DNA of 63,752 nucleotides, the filler included, from Octopus bimaculoides (lineage: Eukaryota): NCBI RefSeq assembly GCF_001194135.2. It is 9 parts of 9 records of this genome, joined end to end, with 100 filler letters (N's around TTAATTAATTAA, not from the genome) between each part and the next. Parts side by side here need not be neighbours in the genome. Positions count along the whole stretch, not along the records: positions 1 to 12,001 come from NC_068983.1; positions 12,102 to 15,880 come from NC_069002.1; 7 more parts are not named here. One strand, written 5' to 3'. Within the stretch, counting starts at the first letter, position 1. Every line of letters begins with the position of its first letter. Below are positions 1-13,920 of this stretch, piece by piece. The notes below the pieces were generated by a model. That model was not told where the DNA came from. It ran no database searches and was given only the letters and a program-made list of their open reading frames with translations. The translations under genes and the position numbers were made by a program.

Positions 1-1864
1 TATATATATACATACATACATATACAAACATAGATAAATACATATTGAAAGTAATAGAAATGAAACTAATATGTATGGATATATAATGAAAGTAGCTGAA
101 ATTTAAACCATATAATAGTAAAAGTATTACTAGAGATGTTATTGTTTTACTTTTGACACGTAATACGGAAACAGTGCAAGAGATAAGAGTTTGCTCCGGG
201 ATGGCATTAGGCAAGAAGTTGAAGATTTTGGGGGCTTATAACATTTCATTGGCCCTAAGCAAGGCCGGTGTAAAATTTGAATAAAATCCGTTGGCTAGTT
301 CTCGAGTTTTAGTGACGTACACATACACACATACAGACAGACAAACATTCTCAGTCGTATATATATATATATAGATAGATAGATAGGCTTCCACAGTTTC
401 TGCCGACACCAAATCCACTCACAATGCATTTGTCTGACCAGGATTATGGTAGAAGACAAATGTGCGTGACTGAGCACGAAACTGCATGGTGCGATTTGGA
501 GAAAAGTTGGCTGCTATTTTAACATATCGACCGATCTTCTTGCGTCTTGCCCATTGATTGTTATTCTCTCTGATTGACCAGAAACCCGTTTGTTTAGAAT
601 GACGTGAGAAGAAATATGTCACGTGTTACATTGGCCTCTTAGACTGAGAGAACTCAGAAATAGCAGTCTTTAAGCAATATTGATTAAAATCAAGAAAATA
701 AATTCACTTCCTCCGGTTGTCACCAGTGAGAAGGAACTGGAAGATTAGTGTGAGTTAATTTGTCAAACGAATATGTTTACTATTGAAATGAAATCAAGAC
801 TCGATTATTAAGTTGAACAGCTTCCAAAAAATAATGGAAAACAGGCAGTAAAAAGAAATAACTCTTTTGTATATTTGTCAAGTGAATTTGTAACGTTCTT
901 AGATCTTAGATGGAGTATATTGGAGGTCTACCAGCTACTTCTTCTCTACTATAGCCTCTATTACAACCATCACAGCAGCCGCTGCTGATGTTACTATTAC
1001 TGTGCTTCCTTATATTGGCGCATGGCCACGTATTTATATTGGAAACAGTATTAGTATATACAATAATTATTATTTCGTGTGTAAAGGCACGTGGCCTAGT
1101 GGTAAGGTTGTTGGATTCACCATCGGGTCATGGGTTCAGTTACTGAATTGGGTGGCATGTTATGCCCTCGACTGCTGCTCTTCATTTAACTTTGATTCTG
1201 CCAACTCAGCTACGGTGAGTTCTTGCCTAACGCTAATATAGTCCACCCTCCCTCCGCCTGTTACATTCACGATATTCTGCTCGATTAAGTGTAGTAGGAT
1301 AGAGCGGGTATCTGAGTCTACTTATGATTACATAGGCAACTAAAGCAATAAACGGAAGATTATAGATTTGTTCAATCGTTGACTAGCTGAGGTTAAACAA
1401 TACTTGAATGCACTTAGGTATAAATATAAAGACCATCGGGTGGTGTGATTAACTCGAATGTTGCGGATTCGACGGGTTTTCCGTCAGTTTGCAGTGCCGA
1501 ATTCAATGATTTTTTTTTCTCATCTGTGAGAACTGGGACTTGCAATAACCGAGCATTATGTCCAGGGTTGCTTTATCTCATCTACTTAACACTACCAGCA
1601 GTAGAAAATATTGAAGATTTGGTCATGTTATCAACAATTTGCTTCACAACTACTGATTCAGAGAGACTTGGTTGTTACTTCTCGCCTGTTGAATACATAC
1701 TGTTTCTCATTCACATACAGTATATTTTTAATCGCGTCTCTTTAATTTCTGATCACGCTTACTAAGTAGGGTAAACACTGCTTTCCTATACCTCATACTT
1801 GTTAAATGGTATTAATAATGTTATTGGGAACGATTACACTGGCGTTAACCTTTCACTATAAATT

Positions 1865-2250
1865 TGCGTCTTTTACAAACGTCGCGCAAAAGGTTTAGCG
1901 GCATTTCATCTGTTTTTATGTTCTGAAGATAAATTCTGTCAAGGTCAACTTTACATTTCATTCTTTCGGGTTCGACAAAATAAGCACGGGTTGAGCATTG
2001 AGGTCGATATAAACGACTTACCCCTTTTTAGAAATTACTGGACTTTTGTCAAAATTTGTAACCAGTATTACAGTTTTAAAATGCCAGGGAAAATGCTTAG
2101 CGGCATTTCATCTGTCTCCACGTTCTAAGTTCAAATTCCACCGACGTCAACTTTGCTTTTCATCCTTTTGAGGAAATAAGTACCAGTCGAACACTGGAGT
2201 TGATGCAATCAGCTAGCTTTCGCCGCAAAATTTTCAGGCTTTGTGCCTGA
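1865..2250 (+). mobile_element. Two decayed SINE family A copies
   Basis: TTAGCGGCATTTCATCTG...GTCAACTTT.C.TTTCAT.CTTT motifs at about 1865-2030 and 2085-2250. Confidence 0.7.
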
Positions 2251-2703
2251 AAGATTACATTTTACAAAGTTTGCTCGCTACTAAAATTGCTGAAGTGGTG
2301 GACCAAATGATAAATCGTTAATAGAATTCGTAGAGCAGGCTGCATAATGCTTGTGGTATTTAGTTACGTTGCTCCGGATTCGAAACCTACTGAAAGTGAT
2401 TGTCTTTCATCCTTTAAGAATCAATTCAGTAAATACTAATCAGTTAAGTATAAGCATTAATTCAAACGATCAAGGTGAAATAATTTAATCCACTGTTGAA
2501 GAGAAAACAATTTTCCATACATGTTGGTAATTGTATCACAGTCATAGATGCAGGACTTGCTGCGAGGTGAAGGGTTTCACTTCGTAATCACACTTTTCTA
2601 GGTTTCATTCAACTGCAAAGCAAATGTTTTCTCTTAACCTCGGGTTAAGCATTAACTCATGATTGAAATTCAGTAGATGATTTGTGCACTGAAGTCTGAG
2701 TTG

Positions 2704-2747
<44 letters not shown>

Positions 2748-2930
2748 TAAAAGTATGGTGTAAAGAGATGTTGCTCAAGCATTCAATAACTGCAGACCTC
2801 TAAACCAAATATCAGGCTGAAATAAGTACTGGGATCGATATACTAAGCCCTCTGATGCAATGCTCCAGTATGGACATAAGCCACTAATTGGAATTAGTAA
2901 TAGAATATGTCATACAATTTCATGTCCACC

Positions 2931-3312
2931 GTTGGCACTCCGTCGCTTACGACGTTGAGGGTTCCCGTTGATCCGATCAACGGAACAGCCTGCACGTGAA
3001 ATTAACGTGCAAGTGGCTGAGCTCTCCACAGACACGTGTACCCTTAATGTAGTTCTCGGGGATATTCAGCGTGACACAGTGTGACAAGGCTGGCCCTTTG
3101 AATTACAGGTAGAACAGAAACAGGAAGTAAGAGTGAGAGAAACTTGTGGTGAAAGAGTACAGCAGGGTTCGCTACCATCCCCTGCCGGAGCCTCGTGGAG
3201 CTTTTAAGTGTTTTCTCTCAATAAACACTGACAACGCCCGGTCTGGGAATCGAAACCGCGATCCTATGATCACGAGTTCTCTTCCCTATCCACTGGGCCA
3301 TTGCGCTTCCAC
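2931..3312 (-). mobile_element. Full-length tRNA-derived SINE (family D) with 11-bp target-site duplication
   Basis: Minus-strand head has A box TGGCCCAGTGG and B box GGTTTCGATTCCC. TSD TCATGTCCACC at 2920-2930 and 3313-3323. Second copy at 26279-26585. Confidence 0.88.
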
Positions 3313-5574
3313 TCATGTCCACCACTACATACGTTACCGTGTCACTTTATATTTAATTTAAGCTTTAGAACAAACTATACGATCGATAGAATCGATTATA
3401 ATACGTTATTTTATTTTCACTAAAAGAATGGAAACAGTCTCAACGCGGGAATATATGAATAAAGGAACAAATTCAAAGCCTGCAACACATTTAATGATTC
3501 AAAATATTTCATCTTAAATATTTCGTGCTCAGGTTACATTTTGTCTTCTTCTCTATGAGACCGATAGAATAAACACTAGGCGTATATTGTGTGAAATGAA
3601 TCTATCCAAACAGTTCCTTTAGAAACTGTTACTGTGTGTCATTGTAAGACGGCAGTGTTAAATACTTCCAATTTGACATGTCCGGAAACTCACAATTATA
3701 TAAACTAACTCTAACTTTATACAACAACAATGAATGGGAAACCTCTAGTGTATATATGAAGAAATTAGATACAATATATATTTAACTTGCTATCTAATTA
3801 GTAAAACGTAAGTTTAGGTAATATCTTGGAAAGAATCAACAAACATTTGCTGCTGATATAGAGTTGCTGCTTCTGCTGCTGCTGTTGTTGTTGTTGTTGT
3901 TGTTTCTGCTGCTGCTATCGTTAATCAAGCATATAATTCAAGACATTCTTGCCGAAACCATCTCATCTTTTCATATGTAAACACAATATATGAAGGCAAC
4001 ATCTAAAGCATGGTTCTTTTTTACATTACAGTAGGTTGTCATTTGAAGGAGATTTTACTGCTATTTTTAGCAGTTCTAGTGACTGAATAGGCTATCTTTT
4101 TTGGCTTGCTGATGGTTATTTTTTATCTAAACAAAACGAAGTTAAAATAACCACTTTCTTTTCACCTTGTATCACCTGATACTTTATAACTAACAGATGG
4201 TCTGATGCAAGCAAACAGTTTGTAAATTGAGCAAATAGTTTGAAGCTAAACAGACTAAATAAATAGATAGTTTGATACGAAACAAATACTTTGTGGCTAA
4301 ACACAGTTTGGCAGCAAAACTGATAGTTTATAGCAAAACATAAACAGTTTCAAAATAGAATCTTATCACTGAATGTCTATTATGACACTTTATAAGTACA
4401 TTGATCATTGTCCGAATTGTTATTCAAATTATCCAGTTCATTTTCCAGAAACATAGCCTATGCCAGAAGGAAGACTTAATCTGCACACTAACAACTAAAC
4501 TACCTTAGACAACGTCGAAAAATGTTTATTAATCAGCTAACTAATCAAAGATGTAAAACCTTTTACTTTTGCGATGAATCGATGTTTCTATTTATCATTA
4601 TAAAATGTTTTTCCATTTTATTAAAACGTTTTCAATTTTATTAAAACGTTTCTATAAAAATTGTTTTTTATTAAAACGTTTTAATTTTCATCGAAAATCC
4701 TTTTACTTCCTAAGTGACAATTTTATTGATTCTGGTGAAGAGCATAATTGCAGTTCCATAATCTATAATTCTTTAAACTACAACTTTCTTCATTAATGGA
4801 TGTCGACCCAAAGTATGACTACTTATATGAAATTAGCTTACAACACATTAGAAAACAAATATCAAAATAGACACTGATTTATTCCGTGTTTCCAAGGACA
4901 AAAAGTTGTTTTATTGTCAAAACAAAGCAAATAAAACAGCGTAAGGATTTTCCATTAGAAATTAATTTTTATTATTCTCCTTCAATTGGAGGATCATAGA
5001 CTAAGGCCATGAGCTCGTCATCTTTAGACAACTGAATTGTGTGCGTTATTTGTACTTACATTTTATCAAATTGAGTTGAAGCTAATGTTACTTAGTGTCT
5101 ACATAAAATATTTACTTTATTTCTCGAATTAGCAAAATAAAAAAGGGTTTGGGAATCTGGGATTATTTGTGAAAGCAGAAATATTTTTTTACTGACTGAG
5201 AATAGTATCCAAAGAATTCTCAGAAAATATTTGACAAGAGCTGCACAAAAAACATTTGAGTTGTGATTCCCAGCGGATGTTAATTCAAAACAAGAGGACG
5301 TAAACTAGCTGAATACAGAAAGCATTGAATTATTTCATCGTGATGTCTGGAAAATAGAAACTGAGAAGAAAAATAACAAAATTAGTTTCTACAAAGCAAA
5401 CCAGCGAGTCACTACGAGGTCATTCGATCTGCAATTATAAACATAGATATTTCCTTCCAAATATAATCTACCCTCTGATGAAAAAGCAAGAATACACTAG
5501 ACAACGTACACACACACACACATACACAACCCCCCCCCACACACACACACACATACACACAGATATGTAATATA

Positions 5575-6290
5575 TGGCTCAACAGTCATCAAAGACAAGA
5601 AGGAATCAGAGCAAGATGGGAGGAGCACTTCAACCAACTCCTAAACCGGCAATCCACTGTCGACCAGGAAGCATAGCAGCAAATACCTCAGAAGCCTCTA
5701 CTCAAAGACCTTGACCTGCCGCCTAGTGTAGAAGAGGTCAAGACTGCCATAAAAGAAATGAACTGTAGCAAAACTACGGGAGCAGATGGAATTTCTGCAG
5801 AACTGTACAAGGCACTTAGTACCACGGCATTCCTATGACATTTTTGTATCAATTTGGGAATAAAGTATGCCTGCAGATTACCGAAACGCCACCATAATTA
5901 CACACTACAAGAACAAAGAAACCAAATCAGACTGTGGAAATTGCAGAGACATTTCCCTGCTTTCCATAGCTGGAAAAACCCTGGCCCGCATCCTTTAACA
6001 GGCTCATCACCAGCATCTCTCAGAACAACTTGCTTGAAGCTCAATGTGGCTTCCGCAGTCGACAGAGACGCTTTGTGGACCATCTTAACTAAGCTGGGCT
6101 GTCCATACAAATTCACCACGTTGATAAGACTCCTTCATGACAATGTGACCGGTCAAGTTCTTTGTAACGGTGATTATGCCAACTCTTTTAACATTTTGAA
6201 TGTCGTGAAATAGGACTGTGAAGACGCCTCTATCTTGTTCAAAATGTTCTTCCTACAAGTCTTACTTCAGCCAGTTATAGACCTAGGCCT
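5575..6290 (+). mobile_element. RTE-clade LINE reverse transcriptase fragment (decayed)
   Basis: Across frameshifts: RWEEHFNQLLNRQSTVDQEA..IPQKPLLKDLDLPPSVEEVKTAIKEM...TGADGISAELYK, NLLEAQCGFR and LWTILTKLGCPYKFTTLIRLLHDNVTGQV, all typical RTE RT motifs. Confidence 0.85.
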
Positions 6291-6647
6291 GGACATATAC
6301 ACGAATCAACCACTAATTCCTATAGTATTTTCTATAAACTGACAAGGCAAGTTAGCTTAACTCTAGGCAGCAGAGATGAGGATTCATTAATTCTATCTGA
6401 AATCACCGGTGATTTGACGCTCTACTTGTTATAAGGGAGGTTGTCTTCCTTATCAGTAAATAGAAAAGTATTGAGCAATTCTTTAGTTTAATGCAGAATC
6501 GTTAGCTTGCAGGTAAAGCCCTTTCGGAAGTGTCTTCAGCTCTGGTGTTGAGTGCATGTCTTCTTTCTTCTGTTCCCTGGCCTCTTCGATGCAGTGTCAA
6601 CGAGTGTCAGCGGCCGACTGACCGTCTTGTCAAATTTCCCTTTAAAT

Positions 6648-6806
6648 ACCTGTTGCTAGGCTCCAGCAGGCAGCCCCAGCAAGTTGTCACGTGACACTGT
6701 CTAGACTTTAACTGACCAATGGAGGGCGTGTAGTCTTACCTGCTGCTAGGCTCCAGCAGACAGCCCCAGCAAGTTGTCACGTGACACTGTCTAAACTTTA
6801 ACTGAC
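6648..6806. repeat. Tandem duplication, 69-bp unit at 90-bp period
   Basis: 6648-6716 versus 6738-6806 with 3 mismatches; each copy contains the palindrome TGTCACGTGACA. Confidence 0.9.
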
Positions 6807-7438
6807 GGGTATCTAAGATATACCCACCATGCTATAGATAGCAGTCAAAACATGACTCTAGAACCACTTCAGGTGAAAAGACAAATAAACTAACAAAACG
6901 TTATTGGATAATCCCAGATCCAGATTTTTGGCTCTGTATAAAAATATATTCTGCTACATCAGTGGAATATACACAGATAGTACATAATTACAAATATATA
7001 TATATACAACATTCGAATACTAACATATACGCACGTATACATACATATATATACATGTATGTACACAACCGGTTTAATTGTCCGTCTAAACACCACGTGT
7101 TATATGATCAAAATACCCCAGCAGTGAATATAATAACGAAGTATATGAATTTTATATAAATAAGGATGAGATCGTTATTTAAAATGCCGATCATATCCAG
7201 GAGTCAGAATGGGAATAAAAACCATATAGCTACTAATTATTAGTAAAATTATGATTAAGGGTATCTAAGATACACACAATGCTAGAGATAGCAGTTAAAA
7301 CTTAAGCTGGCCACTTGATATGGTCGATATTTTAGATAACGATCTTATCGTAATTTATTTAAAATTTTATATGTGTATATACATTTACATATATACATAA
7401 GTAAATTGTATAAATGTATACTTATAGACCTACATCAT

Positions 7439-7507
<69 letters not shown>

Positions 7508-10503
7508 AAAAAACACACACACACANNNNNNNNNNNNNNNNNNNNNNNNNNNNNNNNNNNNNNNNNNNNNNNNNNNNNNNNNNNNNNNNNNNNNNNNNNN
7601 NNNNNTATATATATATATATATATATATATGCATGTACGTACGTATGCATATATATGTACTACGTATATATGTATATAGTCATTAAAAACAATAATATAC
7701 AGATAACAAATATGAAAATCTACTTAAAATGCTTTCTGAAGAAGACTAATCAATTTATCAAATGACTTAGATGGCAGGCCTATTTCTATGATAAACAATT
7801 CAAAACAAATAACAAATCTAAATTTGGATTTAAAGCCAGCAAGTTTGTATTACCCATCCCATTACTCTTTGTGTGTGTATGTGTGCGTATGTGTGCGTGC
7901 GCACACCTGTGTATGTGCGTGTGTGGGTGCCTACGTGTTTGTGCATATACATCAGTACATGTTAATATACATTTATATATGTATGTATATATAGATATGT
8001 ACACATATACACACACATATATATATACATATATATATGTTTATGCTCGTATGTGTATATGTGTGTGTGTTGTATTATATTATATTTCAATGTAGAAGGT
8101 GATTGAGTGCGTAAGTCATATTACATATTTCCATTTAATTTCTAGGAATGTTACCTATGCTTCCTGCCGAAGTGTAGCTAACCTTATTTTACGTTTCTCA
8201 AAAGTTACAAATATTGGAATTCATCACAAAACGGACCAGAATTTAGTGACTGGATGTTATTTTTGTTTATTATCATATTTTAATGTATGATGAGCTAAAA
8301 CCAACACATGTAACTTACATTTATATTAAGGTTCTAAAGTGATGATATTGAAACAGTCACAGAGGCTTTGTACTTTGTACTACCAATGATACTTTGAAGC
8401 ATAATATTAAGTTACTCTGTCTTTGTTATTTAAGTTGTGGAATTTTACCCAAGTCTTAGTCATAGTTAAGTGCAAAGCTTACTTGTGTTTGCGTTGAAAT
8501 TTACAATCTTACTAAGGCAGTTGCTTCTGTTCAGTATCGTCCACACCAATCTTGACACAAATTGCTAGACTAAATCGTCTTGCAATCGCCGTGGTTGCCT
8601 ACCAGGTGACCTTTACCGACCTCTTGGATACCATTCGGCAACTGCACAGGTCCACTGTTGTCTGTGATCATTGCGACATGTATGGTTCAGAGGGCATATA
8701 CTGCTGACGCCAATAAACACTTGAAAGAATGTGGAATAATTCTTTTGGTGAATTGGTTGTCGAAGTACATATAAAGCTATAAATTAAAACTGATAAATTT
8801 TGGGTTGAAATCCTTTTGAATAGAATATATTCATATAGTCGAAGTTCGTTTGGCAACTGCATAGCTGAGGGCTCTGTTCCGTGTGAGGCACCCTGGGAAA
8901 ATATTTTTCATTCAAGCTTTGAACCGACTGATGCATTGTGAGTAAATTTAGCAGATGGAGACTGCGCATGCATGTGTGTGTGTGTGTGTGTGTGTGTATT
9001 CCTTGGTTTATTCATTGCAATGTGACCATGAATGGTTTTATTCGAACGAATCGATTCCAGTACTTACCTTTTAAAACCTAGTGCTTGTTCTATCAGCCCC
9101 TTTTGCCGAACTGTGAAGTTACGGAGGCGTAGATAAATCACCACCGGTTGTTAAGCGATGGCGGTGGACAAACAAAATGTCACAGACGCATAAATATGTA
9201 CATGTCTATGTGTGTGTGTTTCTGTATATATCTATGTATGTATGTATTTATCATTGTATCTATTTATATATGGACAGAGTGATTGGAATGATATCAATGA
9301 TGAATACTCCCATTATTTATGATCAGCAGAGAGAAGTTTACGTTTTAGCCTAGCTGATGACTTTCAGCTTTTGCAAGAACTTTTATATCATCGATTCTTC
9401 TTAGTTAAATGCACTCCAAAATATAAATATAAAAACACTGCTAATATAAAAACAGCATGTATTGCATAATTGACAGATATATTTTCTTTCAGCAAGCAAA
9501 GATTTCCTGTTAGCTTGCTTTGATTCATGTAAACTTCAGTGCCTAAGAAGACAAGTTCTTAGACGAGTTTGGTCGTAAGTTGAGCATTCGAAGGGATTAT
9601 CAACAGTCTTTTCCCTGAACCTAATCCTCCATTGATTAGAGACTTTAGAAATATTCATCTAGGTGGTGTCACAGCTCGGCCACAGCCCCTATGATTGATG
9701 CAAGGAAGATAAATATATAGATACATACATACATACATACATACATACATACAAACATACATACAAACATACATACATACACACACACACATACATACAT
9801 ACATACATACATACATACATACATACATACATACATACATGCATACATACATACATACATACGTACATACATACATACATACGTACATACATACATATAT
9901 AGCTGTGGTAAGTGGTTTGCTTTCCAACCACATGGTCCCGGGTTCAGTCCAGCTGCGTGGTACCTTGGGTCTTCTGCTATGGCCTCGGTCTGATCGAAAC
10001 CTTGTTGATAATTATGGGTCTCTTTTCTTTGTATCTCCTTTCAAATTTGCATGTTATTCTCTTCAAAATGCATGGACGATGAGAGTTTATTTTCTCTGTA
10101 TTACCTCATCAGTTATAGTAAATTCCGAACATTCTAAATGAATATCATATTTTTCATATCAAATTTAAAGCAACCTTTGCATCATAACTTCGATTTGTAT
10201 GAGGAGGTTTTTTCCCATGACATAACTCTCCATTGATTAGATGTTTTTGAAATTTTCGTCTTCCCTACAAACTACAAAACGGGTGCTTTATCCGCCACAT
10301 CACAGAAGAACGTCTATACATTTGTTAAATCCAAGACTTCAACATCACACACATTGTCTCTCCATCATATATAATTGTGTATATGTGTGTATGTAACTCT
10401 GAATGCATATATATACAGACACATACCTGTGTATGCGAGTATATGTATACATGTGTATATACGCATTTATATACATATATGTGAGGTGGTCATGTGTTTG
10501 TAA

Positions 10504-10544
<41 letters not shown>

Positions 10545-10648
10545 AGAAATGAGGGCAGGGAATCGTCAATTAATAATAGAATTAACAATTAACAATTTTG
10601 CCAAGTAGTTCAGTATGAAATAAACCTTTGTCGGTAAGACCATTTATC

Positions 10649-10712
10649 ATCATAAATATAAGGGATTAGCAATTGAGTTGCTTCTCCATTGCTAATCCCT
10701 TATATTTATGAT
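10649..10712. repeat. Perfect 25-bp inverted repeat with 14-nt loop inside a dispersed repeat (~10550-10715)
   Basis: ATCATAAATATAAGGGATTAGCAAT / ATTGCTAATCCCTTATATTTATGAT; related element at about 47395-47570. Confidence 0.85.
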
Positions 10713-11783
10713 ATATATATATATATATATATATATTTGTATACATATACACTTACTTGTGTATATAATATACATACATACATACATACACACATGTATG
10801 TTTGGATCAATGTTTGTGTTTATTCGGGAATTTGTTTGTGTATGTATAAATACACCGTTTACTAAAACAGGAATTACAGAAATGTAAGCTCATCTGAAGA
10901 AAACTAAAATTCATTTTTGCTTTATACTTACTTAAGAAAAAAAAAGAAGAAAATATCTAGGCAAGTAAATCTCTTGAGGCTGAAAATATAATAAACTAAT
11001 TTAAACAGAGTATATTGAGCTATCTAGCAAAGAAAACATAATACAGAGCCTGGAAACGACTTACTTTTCTTGTAACACAATCCATAGAATTAGTCATGTT
11101 TACTATAGTGAATGGCTTCAGGTAGTTTTGTACAAGAAATGAGAAAAAAAGATCAATAATGACCATAGTAACAGAGACTTCAGTTCAAAACAAACGGTAA
11201 TTGAAAGACTGGAAAGTAGCAATAGTAGGAGCAGCAAGAATAATAACAGGCATGGTTATGTTCTCTAGAAGATCGCTTCAGAGCTAAATGGTTCCAGGTT
11301 CAATACCACTCAGCGGCACCAACAATTGTCTTTTACGATGGCCTGGAGTCGACCAATGTCGAAATTTTGTGGACAGCAATGTATTATGTCTTCGGGACGA
11401 TATTTAGTTGTACCTGGTTAAATACTACGACTAAAAGCTTGAATGATCACTGAAATACCATACTTAGTCCGTCGTCTGGTTTAACATCATAGTCTGGTTT
11501 TAACACCGTAATCTGGACGTTATAAACCTTTCACGCAGCACATTTAAGTGTCATACTTCTTTCGTAGTCTGGTTTAACACCACAACTTGGCGTTGTGTTC
11601 ATTTCAAAGACATCACTTTGCTGCAGATATTCAGACCAGGTCTCCAGACTGAGGATGGCTTCCTTTCTTCTTCCCACCGAAGTAACAGATAAAAGCAATC
11701 GCGTGTGATACATTTCCTCCTCTAACTAAGCAACTATTACTACTGCTGCTGCTATAGCTAATAATAATAGCAATAATAATAAA

Positions 11784-11997
11784 GGTTTCAAATTTTGCCA
11801 CAAGGGCAGCAATTTGAGGGAAAGGGATGAGTCGATGTAATCGACCCCTGTGTTCAAATGGTTTTTACTTTATCGACCCCGGAAGGATGAAAGGCAAATT
11901 CGACCTCGGCGGAATTTGAACTTAGAAGGTGGCGACGGATGAAATAGCGCTAAGCATTTCGCCCGGCGTTCTAACGATTTTGCCAGCTTGCCGCCTT
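11784..11997 (-). mobile_element. tRNA-derived SINE family A copy
   Basis: Reverse complement of the family consensus AAGGCGGCGAGCTGGCAGAATCGTTAGC...GAGTTCAAATTCCGCCGAGGTCGACTTTGCCTTTCATCCTTTCGGGGTCGATAAA...; (ATT)n tail. Confidence 0.85.
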
Positions 11998-12101
11998 CAA
12001 TNNNNNNNNNNNNNNNNNNNNNNNNNNNNNNNNNNNNNNNNNNNNTTAATTAATTAANNNNNNNNNNNNNNNNNNNNNNNNNNNNNNNNNNNNNNNNNNN
12101 N

Positions 12102-12178
<77 letters not shown>

Positions 12179-12504
12179 AATATATACTTACACACTATAC
12201 TTACAAGTTATATTTCCTCCAATGATGAATGTGTATACTTCTCTCTCTTCACTTTCCTTTCCTCCTTATATATATATACGCACACACGCGCGCGCACATA
12301 TCTATGGCCGTCACTTACAAACGAGGGCAACTTTGTAATATATGTAACATGCTTTCGCTAAGTTTTGTACATGTAATCGCGAGCAGACATATATACAATA
12401 TACAGTTACATAATGGCCAACGTAAAAATAAATTTTATCTAATTTGTGTGAGCAATTCAGTTTATCAGACTTGTATCAAAAGGTGAAGCCTTACATCAAA
12501 CCAA

Positions 12505-12678
12505 CATTACCTGTACAGGTGCAACTGGGTGCCACATGTCAGATGTCGAAATGGTCGCAGAGCAACGGGAAATGAAGTGCTTTGCTCAAGAACACAACGC
12601 AACGCTCGGTTTGGGAATCGAACCCACGATCTCTCAATCGTTAGTGCAACACCCTAACCACTAAGCTACCTTCCTTCA
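12505..12678 (-). mobile_element. tRNA-derived SINE family E
   Basis: Plus strand GGGAATCGAACCCACGATC...CTAACCACTAAGC is the reverse complement of B and A boxes; related copies at about 28690-28852 and 46760-46928. Confidence 0.7.
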
Positions 12679-13860
12679 TACATACATACATAATACAGAC
12701 AGACAGACAGAGATTTACATATATTACTTAACGTGAATATACGGTAAGAAAGCCACAATACCATCTTAGGAAGGCATCTCCTATAGAACAACACTGCTAA
12801 AATGAAAAGCGACGCTTATTTTCCTTCTGCTTTGAGGTCTATGGTATACAGATCGTTTTTCTGAACAAATACTGCTTCCGTCTCAAACAACGAATAAAGC
12901 AAATCGACCTTGAGCCGTAAATCTGAACTATTTAACTGATGGAAGGCATTCTTCGAAGTTTCCGATTTCGAGACGTTTGCAAACCGAACGATTAAAATAT
13001 TAATATACTTCCACGTTTCACTATCGCATAAGCTTTACTGTTCTTTTATTTTTTTTATATAAGTATACATAATACAGAAGCAGACACACACACACATACA
13101 CATTCGTGTTCTCTTTTATGTATAAAAGATTAAGAACATAGATACACTGTTATCCTTTGTCGATGTAATTTTATTTATTTATATCACTAATTCCAGATTG
13201 AAAACAGATCGTGTTTCTCGTGTTAATTATTTTCCGTAAAGAGAAAGCCATATAAAATGGAACTTCAACACCTTGTTTTTTTCTTTATGAAATCAGATCG
13301 CTATCACACCAAAATCTCATATATATATATATANNNNNNNNNNNNNNNNNNNNNNNNNNNNNNNNNNNNNNNNNNNNNNNNNNNNNNNNNNNNNNNNNNN
13401 NNNNNNNNNNNNNNNNNNNNNNNNNNNNNNNNNNNNNNNNNNNNNNNNNNNNNNNNNNNNNNNNNNNNNNNNNNNNNNNNNNNNNNNNNNNNNNNNNNNN
13501 NNNNNNNNNNNNNNNNNNNNNNNNNNNNNNNNNNNNNNNNNNNNNNNNNNNNNNNNNNNNNNNNNNNNNNNNNNNNNNNNNNNNNNNNNNNNNNNNNNNN
13601 NNNNNNNNNNNNNNNNNNNNNNNNNNNNNNNNNNNNNNNNNNNNNNNNNNNNNNNNNNNNNNNNNNNNNNNNNNNNNNNNNNNNNNNNNNNNNNNNNNNN
13701 NNNNNNNNNNNNNNNNNNNNNNNNNNNNTCTGTCTGTCTGTCTGTCTGTCTGTCTGTTTACTTCTAAAACTTTTTTCAAAAATTTCATCAAGTGGCCAGC
13801 ATATCAAAATATTAAAAGCACTTGGGTGCTTGAAAGTATTTCATTTATTTCTTATCGTAT

Positions 13861-13920
13861 TCTCTACTGAAGAGGGGAAAAATCCGTTGGATTAATCCCG
13901 AAATCGATTCAATACAGAGA
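13861..13920 (+). ncRNA. Hammerhead-like motif
   Basis: tctcta-CTGAAGA-GGGG(aaaAATCCgttGGATTaa)TCCC-GAAA-TCGAT-TC...agaga; intact core, good stem II, palindromic ATCGAT stem III, imperfect stem I. Confidence 0.5.

Noticed and set aside
6515-6545. Minus-strand CTGAAGA...GAAA hammerhead candidate (similar weak hits at about 7737, 38100-38135 and 41290-41320)
   Set aside because: Stem II or stem III cannot pair, or GAAA is missing; not distinguishable from chance.
12046-12057. TTAATTAATTAA recurring inside gaps (also 15925, 24161, 35659, 47627, 53256, 58264, 62510)
   Set aside because: Always 44 N + 12 nt + 44 N = 100 bp: an assembly placeholder with stops in all frames, not biology.
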